Shown here piece by piece: positions 13,172-18,378 of a stretch of DNA of 18,378 nt. The notes under the pieces are model-generated. The model ran no database searches, was not told the origin of the DNA, and worked only from the letters and a program-made list of their open reading frames with translations. The first letter of the stretch is position 1. Each line of letters begins with the position of its first letter. A program made the translations under genes and the position numbers. Source of the stretch: a virus (taxonomy: Duplodnaviria > Heunggongvirae > Uroviricota > Caudoviricetes). The stretch is from IMG/VR virus record IMGVR_UViG_3300029190_000051; one strand, written 5' to 3'.

Positions 13172-14782
13172 ATGGCAAGTGAATTTTTTACAATATTAAC
13201 TGCTGCAGGCAAAGCCAAAATTGCCTCAGCACTGGCCGAGCAAAAACAGATCCGTCTGCAAACTATGGTAGTTGGCGACGGTAATGGTAAATATATCGAA
13301 CCGACAGAAAGTCAGACCAAAGTAGTCCATGAGGTCTGGCGTGGTCAGCTCAATACATTAAAAATTGCGCCAGATAATCCGGCCTGGGTTATCGCAGAAG
13401 CGATTATTCCCGAACAAGTCGGAGGCTGGTATGTACGCGAAGTTGGGTTACTGGATACCGACGGCACGATGGTCGCTATTGGTAAATTCCCGGAAACCTA
13501 TAAGCCACGATTACCTGCGGGGGCCAGTAAGCAAATCGTTATACGCGCGGTCATGGAAGTCACCAATGCAGATGCGGTGACGCTTTTGATCGACCCTTCA
13601 GTCGTTGTGGCAACCAGGGAATATGTCGATGACGCGTTGAAAACACATCAGCAATCACGAAATCATCCTGATGCGACGCTGACACAAAAAGGTTTTACGC
13701 AGCTGAGTAATGCGACTAATAGCGATGATGAAACCAAAGCGGCCACGCCAAAAGCGGTAAAAACGGCATATGACCTGGCAAATAGCAAAGCTGCCACCAG
13801 TCATAATCATGCCTGGAATCAGATTACTGGTATCCCTGATGGTACACTGACGCAGAAAGGAGTCGTTAAGCTTAACAATACAACAAATAGCACCAGTACG
13901 ACGGAAGCTGCAACACCAAGTGCGGTTAAGGCAGCGATGGATAAGGCTATTGCTGCGGCACCGTCCAGCCATACCCATGCCTGGGGGCAAATAACAGGTA
14001 TCCCCGACGGTACGCTGACGCAAAAAGGGGTCGTGAAACTTAATAATGCGACCAACAGCACCAGTACGACGGAAGCTGCAACGCCGAACGCTGTTAAGGC
14101 AGCGATGGATAAGGCTATTGCTGCGGAAAGCTGTCCTGTTGGGATGCCTATTCCCTGGCCATCTGATTCTGTACCTTCAGGCTACGCTCTGATGACAGGT
14201 CAGACATTTAATAAAACCTCCTATCCCAAACTGGCAATTGCATATCCATCTGGTGTTATTCCTGATATGCGCGGATGGATAATTAAAGGAAAACCATCCA
14301 GTGGGCGCGCTATATTATCTACTGAACTGGATGGAGTTAAATCACATAACCATACGGGCAGTATTTCGAGTACGGACTTAGGGACGAAATCTGTATCATC
14401 AATAGATCTAGGAACAAAGAACACTCAGTCATTTAATCATGGGATAAAAACAACAAATACAGCAGGCGCGCATAGCCATGATAGTGGTTCTGGCGAAAGT
14501 AGTGAGGGGGGAAAACCTCGGTATGGTACTCGTGATAACACAACAAATAATTTTGGTTCTGGTGAATCAGATCATGACAATTACAAATTTAACACATCCA
14601 CGGATGGAGAGCATGCACATTCAGTTAATGTTGGCTCACACTCTCACTCTGTTATTTTAGGGTCACATAATCATTCAATTGCCCTTGGTTCCCATAATCA
14701 CTCCCTAACCATTAATAATACCGGCAACACCGAAAACACCGTCAAAAATATCGCATTCAACTATATTGTGAGGCTAGCATGA
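13172..14782 (+). CDS. Tail fibre protein (P2 gpH-like N-terminal anchor, tandem fibre repeats, His-motif C-terminal receptor-binding region)
   Basis: Start at the ATG 13172 (GGAG 7 nt upstream), not the track start at 13049. The N-terminus ([28 protein letters not shown]...[34 protein letters not shown]...[34 protein letters not shown]) closely parallels the recalled P2 gpH N-terminus. Three fibre-type repeats follow, and the C-terminus carries [27 protein letters not shown]. Confidence 0.85.
   Translation: MASEFFTILTAAGKAKIASALAEQKQIRLQTMVVGDGNGKYIEPTESQTKVVHEVWRGQLNTLKIAPDNPAWVIAEAIIPEQVGGWYVREVGLLDTDGTMVAIGKFPETYKPRLPAGASKQIVIRAVMEVTNADAVTLLIDPSVVVATREYVDDALKTHQQSRNHPDATLTQKGFTQLSNATNSDDETKAATPKAVKTAYDLANSKAATSHNHAWNQITGIPDGTLTQKGVVKLNNTTNSTSTTEAATPSAVKAAMDKAIAAAPSSHTHAWGQITGIPDGTLTQKGVVKLNNATNSTSTTEAATPNAVKAAMDKAIAAESCPVGMPIPWPSDSVPSGYALMTGQTFNKTSYPKLAIAYPSGVIPDMRGWIIKGKPSSGRAILSTELDGVKSHNHTGSISSTDLGTKSVSSIDLGTKNTQSFNHGIKTTNTAGAHSHDSGSGESSEGGKPRYGTRDNTTNNFGSGESDHDNYKFNTSTDGEHAHSVNVGSHSHSVILGSHNHSIALGSHNHSLTINNTGNTENTVKNIAFNYIVRLA
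13664..14127 (+). repeat. In-frame tandem repeats inside the tail fibre gene (about 3 copies of about 165 bp / 55 aa)
   Basis: Copies at about 13664-13798 (degenerate), 13799-13966 and 13967-14127. The last two share long identical stretches (AGCACCAGTACGACGGAAGCTGCAAC and GTTAAGGCAGCGATGGATAAGGCTATTGCTGCGG). Protein unit: [48 protein letters not shown]. Confidence 0.75.
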
Positions 14783-15486
14783 ATACTTTTACCTTTTCCG
14801 ATGAAGCTCAAATACTAACTGTATATAATTTTTCACAAGACTCCCAAGAATATATCGGTGAGTCTGATGCATACATTGCACCTAATACAGGCTTGCCAAA
14901 TTATTGCACATTAATTTCACCTCCCGAAAAGGTTCCTGGTTTTACTCCAGTGTGGGAGAATGAAACATGGAGACTTATTGAAGATCATCGAGGCCAAACT
15001 GTTTATAACAAAGTTGATGGTAGCCAGCTTATTATTCAAGAATTGGGCCAATTACCTGAAAATGTAACAGTCATTTCCCCGACAGGTTCTTTTGAACGTT
15101 GGGATGGTGAAAAATGGCAACCATCTATAACCGATGCTAAAGAGGCGAAATACTCTGCAATCAAAAATCAACGCGATGCCATCACAACCGATTACATCAT
15201 CATCAACAACCATCACTTCCACAGTGATACAAATAGCCGTATCCAACAGCTTTCACTCACAAAAATGGGAGCGGAGAAAAAAATTCCGCCAGGTTTAATG
15301 TGGAAAACTAAAAATAATGGTCTGATTGAGTTAACCAACGAAATCGCTGCCCAGTTTGAATCGGTCACCATGGATCACGATATGCGCTTGTTCGCAAACG
15401 CCCAGCGTCATATCGCGGCGGTGGAAGCACTGGACGATATTCAGGCGGTGCTCGACTACGATTATTCAACAGGCTGGCAACCATGA
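14779..15486 (+). CDS. Tail fibre assembly protein (lambda Tfa-like chaperone)
   Basis: 235 aa. The N-terminal half ([102 protein letters not shown]) parallels the recalled lambda Tfa N-terminus almost motif for motif. The start overlaps the fibre stop (ATGA). Confidence 0.8.
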   Translation: MNTFTFSDEAQILTVYNFSQDSQEYIGESDAYIAPNTGLPNYCTLISPPEKVPGFTPVWENETWRLIEDHRGQTVYNKVDGSQLIIQELGQLPENVTVISPTGSFERWDGEKWQPSITDAKEAKYSAIKNQRDAITTDYIIINNHHFHSDTNSRIQQLSLTKMGAEKKIPPGLMWKTKNNGLIELTNEIAAQFESVTMDHDMRLFANAQRHIAAVEALDDIQAVLDYDYSTGWQP

Positions 15487-15938
15487 GTAAAACCACTGTC
15501 TGGCTCGCTTGTTATAAGGGCCGAACAGAGCACCGTGGTATTGCCCGACTGGCTGACTGGCTTACCCGTAAAATCACACGCGGTCATTATTCCCACTGTG
15601 AATTAGCCGTTAAGCATGGTGAAAAGAGATACCTTTGTTACTCTGCATCACTGCGCGATCGCGGTGTACGCGGAAAGATAATGCCATTGCCAGCGGATAA
15701 GTGGGATATGCTGCCGCTCCAGGCTAGCCTTCAGGATGTGGAAACTTTTTTCCGTAAACATGATGGCAAAAAATATGACTGGCGCGGAGCATTAGGAATT
15801 ATTACCGGTAATAAAGAACAGCGCGATCGCCTGTTTTGCAGTGAATTTTGTGCTGAATTTCTGCAACTGAAGGAAAGCTGGCGCTATTCTCCAAACCACT
15901 TGTACGCTTTAGTCAGCAGCTGGCAATACCAGCAATAA
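15483..15938 (+). CDS. Hypothetical cargo protein, last gene of the tail operon; possible permuted papain-like (His then Cys) hydrolase
   Basis: 151 aa, translationally coupled to tfa (ATGA). It has His-containing GHYSHCELAV upstream of a Cys-containing LFCSEFCAEF segment, which resembles the C-[ST]-E-F catalytic-Cys motif of YiiX/YaeF-type permuted papain-fold proteins. The functional call is weak. Confidence 0.4.
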   Translation: MSKTTVWLACYKGRTEHRGIARLADWLTRKITRGHYSHCELAVKHGEKRYLCYSASLRDRGVRGKIMPLPADKWDMLPLQASLQDVETFFRKHDGKKYDWRGALGIITGNKEQRDRLFCSEFCAEFLQLKESWRYSPNHLYALVSSWQYQQ

Positions 15939-15943
15939 ATCAC

Positions 15944-15962
15944 GCCGGGCTTTATGCCCGGC
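15944..15962. terminator. GC-rich hairpin shared by the convergent tail operon and nucleotidyltransferase operon
   Basis: GCCGGGC ttta(t) GCCCGGC lies 6 nt after the cargo-gene stop and overlaps the last codons of the minus-strand gene. Confidence 0.5.
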
Positions 15963-16752
15963 ACATTACCGTTTGATACAGCAAATTATCTAGCTCCCGA
16001 ACATCTCCATCTCGACTGTCCGGTAAAATCGGTGGAATTTCCCCGCGCGCCAGTTCCGCGCGAATAAACGCATGCAATAAAGGACGGCGCAGTCCATATT
16101 CCGCTTCACTCGCACGCTGTTTACGCTCCAGCAATTCATCTATTTCTGCGCGTAAGGCCGCATCCAACTCACTTCCCGCCAGTAACTCGGCAAAGCGCAT
16201 TGGCGGCACGCCTTTTCCCGCTTCAACCCAGCGTACGGCCAGCAGCGGGCGCAGCACGTAAAAGTATTTTTTCAGTCGAACTTCGTCGCCCTGTAAATAA
16301 CCGCGAAAGTTTTTCTGCGCCATCGAATAGTAATGCCAACGCGCGCGCAACGAAGAAAACCACATTGGGACCATTGCCTTAAGCGCCGTTATCGTTTCTT
16401 CATCTTGTTGATAGACCACCGGAGAATCCAGCCATTCTATCAGCGTCGGATTCGCGCCTTTCAATAATCCCAGCGCCTTACGCCACTCCCAACCGGAAAC
16501 ATCTAACTCGTCGTCGATAGGCAGTTCGATAACATCGCGCGGTGACTCTACACGCAGATACCATTCTAGCGGATGGACATACAAAAACCGTACATCGTAG
16601 TCGCTATCGGGCGAGGCAAATCCCCAGCCGCGGCTGCCTGATTCACAGGCGTACAGCACTTTCACGCCATAGCGACGTTCTATTTCTTTTAACTGCTGCG
16701 ATACCCGTTCGCGCATCGCAGCACTGACTCCATTTAATGGCATTTGACTCAT
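15952..16752 (-). CDS. Pol-beta-superfamily nucleotidyltransferase-fold protein
   Basis: 266 aa. VLYACESGSRGWGFASPDSDYDVRFLYV contains the G-S...D-x-D signature of minimal nucleotidyltransferases, with a further acidic cluster (IDDELDVSGWEW). The start overlaps the upstream gene's stop (ATGA on the minus strand). Confidence 0.65.
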   Translation of the reverse strand: MSQMPLNGVSAAMRERVSQQLKEIERRYGVKVLYACESGSRGWGFASPDSDYDVRFLYVHPLEWYLRVESPRDVIELPIDDELDVSGWEWRKALGLLKGANPTLIEWLDSPVVYQQDEETITALKAMVPMWFSSLRARWHYYSMAQKNFRGYLQGDEVRLKKYFYVLRPLLAVRWVEAGKGVPPMRFAELLAGSELDAALRAEIDELLERKQRASEAEYGLRRPLLHAFIRAELARGEIPPILPDSRDGDVRELDNLLYQTVMCRA

Positions 16753-17876
16753 CCTTTGATATTCACTAACCCGTGCAGAACCTGATCCAGACCACCAAAT
16801 ACAGAGATGTTATCGATCCGCTCAGCCACTCTCTCCAGCGTTTCCAGTTCTTTTAAGCGTAACGCCACCGGGTTGTTTTCCATGACTTTAGCGGTATTGA
16901 GTAACGAACGCGTCGCTGCCGTTTCTTCACGCCGACGAATCACATTCGCCTGCGCAGATTTCTCTGCCTCAACCAGCTGCGCGAGGATATTTTTCATATC
17001 ACCAGGCAGGACGATATCTTTCACCCCTAATGAGGCAATCTCCATACCAAATGGCAACATGCGCGATTTCACCTGTTCGCTGACAACGTCATCAATGACC
17101 TGTTTATCTTCCAGCAACTCATCCAGCGTACGCGTACCTACCGCTTCACGCAGTGCAAATTGCAATTCCCGATACAAATGATCAATCGGCTTCGTTAACT
17201 GACTAAATGCCAATAACACGTCGCTGTAGCGCCAGTTGGCGGCGAGGTTAATCCGCAGATTGACCTTATCTTTCGTTAAGATTTCTTGCCCGCTGACTTC
17301 CAGTACCTGCAAGCGGGTGTCAACCACTTCAGCTTCAACCAGATGGTTAATTTTCCAGTACGCAGTCAGTCCCGGCGGTAACAGCGCCTGCGTTTTACCA
17401 TCGATTTTCAGTACACCTACGTGCCAGGCCGGAACCTGCACCGTCAGTATCGCATCGCGGCCTTTAACTGCCCCTTTGCGCCGTGGCTGCAATACCGCAT
17501 TCATCACCTCCGTTTGAACCTGGACTTGCTGCGTACTCATCCGCACCAGCGTCAAATCATCCTCTACACGCCAGTACAAACGACGCGTTGATGGCGGCAG
17601 GATCTCCAGCAAAATACCGTCCATATACAACGCCCCGGCTTCAGTCTCCGACAAGTCGGCCACCACGCAATATCTTTCCACCCACTCTGGCTGAAAGCGG
17701 CGCAAATAATCCGCCAGCACGTCGGGAACTTCGCTGCCATCGAGCGTAATCAGCAAGACTTCTGGCGTATTTAACCAGGGTAAAAGATGCTCGCCTGCAT
17801 GCAGCACTTTGTAGTAATCGCCATTTCTGGAAAGTAATGCCAGCTGATCTTTTCTTACGCTTATTTTCTTAATCAT
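16749..17876 (-). CDS. Soluble SPFH/band-7-like domain protein with an unassigned N-terminal domain of about 150 aa
   Basis: 375 aa. The C-terminal roughly 220 aa have stomatin/HflC-like character (LEVSGQEILTKDKVNLRINLAANWRYSD..., ...AEKSAQANVIRRREE..., ...LRLKELETLERVAERIDNISVFGG). No N-terminal hydrophobic membrane anchor is visible. AGGAA lies 6 nt upstream of the ATG. Confidence 0.5.
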   Translation of the reverse strand: MIKKISVRKDQLALLSRNGDYYKVLHAGEHLLPWLNTPEVLLITLDGSEVPDVLADYLRRFQPEWVERYCVVADLSETEAGALYMDGILLEILPPSTRRLYWRVEDDLTLVRMSTQQVQVQTEVMNAVLQPRRKGAVKGRDAILTVQVPAWHVGVLKIDGKTQALLPPGLTAYWKINHLVEAEVVDTRLQVLEVSGQEILTKDKVNLRINLAANWRYSDVLLAFSQLTKPIDHLYRELQFALREAVGTRTLDELLEDKQVIDDVVSEQVKSRMLPFGMEIASLGVKDIVLPGDMKNILAQLVEAEKSAQANVIRRREETAATRSLLNTAKVMENNPVALRLKELETLERVAERIDNISVFGGLDQVLHGLVNIKG

Positions 17877-18378
17877 TATCTATTCCTTGCTTAATAGCCG
17901 TCGCGGAAGCAGATACGAAGCGACAGGGGAATTCCCTTTTGCCTGTTACCCGGCGTCTTTATCGGCGACGTTATCGGGGATCGCTGACTGCGCAATCCCT
18001 CATTTTTTATTTAATAAGTTACAACCAGTATTCATTTCAGGAATGAATTCGGGAATCGAACCCGTAATTGGCGTCAAAGGCTGACGGAACACGCCCGGAA
18101 AACAGCCTGGCCGTTCCTGGTGTGCCGACGGGGTTTAATCCCCTTTGAAATTCGGTATCAACGCAAAAGAGTTATTGCGAAAAGTGTGCCAAAAGTGAAA
18201 TAACACACTTAATATATTGAATAATAAAGATTTAATTAAATCAGATAACTTGCCGGATAATAATTTGCGTTAAATTTTTATCTGTATTTATCGCTAATTA
18301 TCGAAAGAGATAAATAGTTAAGAGAAGGCAAAATGAATATTATCAGTTCTGCTCGCAAACGAATTCCCGTACACTGAA

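Larger units (their letters stand above)
223..15938 (+). mobile_element. Headless Mu-like phage tail cluster (tailocin-like element or defective prophage remnant)
   Basis: A contiguous set of activator, lysis cassette and complete contractile-tail module in Mu gene order. No capsid, portal, terminase, integrase or replication ORF appears anywhere in the six-frame track. It is bounded on the left by lysC and on the right by a convergent operon. Confidence 0.6.

Noticed and set aside
13664-14715. Possible CRISPR array or diversity-generating retroelement variable repeat, considered because of the tandem repeats
   Set aside because: The repeats are in-frame coding repeats of a fibre protein with no unique spacers. 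No reverse transcriptase or cas gene is present in the window.
14779-15951. Mu G-segment-like invertible fibre cassette
   Set aside because: There is no inverted second copy of the fibre C-terminus or tfa, no flanking inverted repeats that I could see, and no Gin/Cin-type recombinase ORF.
17887-18084. 65-aa plus-strand ORF upstream of the SPFH operon
   Set aside because: It lies in the promoter/leader region of the divergent operon, has no ribosome-binding site, and has unremarkable composition; probably spurious.
18333-18377. 14-codon ORF (MNIISSARKRIPVH-stop) after an AT-rich region at the window edge
   Set aside because: It is too short to evaluate and cut by the window end. It could be a leader peptide for a downstream operon, but nothing in the window supports that.

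Overview
The window opens with the 3' end of a lysC-like aspartokinase gene (1-168), then holds a roughly 15.7-kb phage-derived block (223-15938) that encodes only regulation, lysis and a complete contractile tail. The block has a divergent Mor/C-family activator, a 540-bp AT-rich control region with a near-consensus LexA box, a lysis cassette (holin-like protein, SLT-type endolysin, membrane coiled-coil protein), and a Mu-order tail module: sheath, tube, chaperone, tape measure, gpU/X/D-like hub proteins, gpV-like spike, gpW/J/I-like wedge, a repeat-rich His-motif tail fibre and a lambda-Tfa-like chaperone, plus one small cargo gene. No capsid, portal, terminase, integrase, repressor or replication gene is visible, so the most interesting reading is an SOS-inducible R-type tailocin or headless Mu-like tail particle rather than a complete prophage. 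To its right, on the opposite strand, is a translationally coupled two-gene operon (a soluble SPFH-like protein and a Pol-beta-fold nucleotidyltransferase) that may be a conflict or stress module. All functional calls are from reading translations and motifs by eye; no database search or computed statistic was available.
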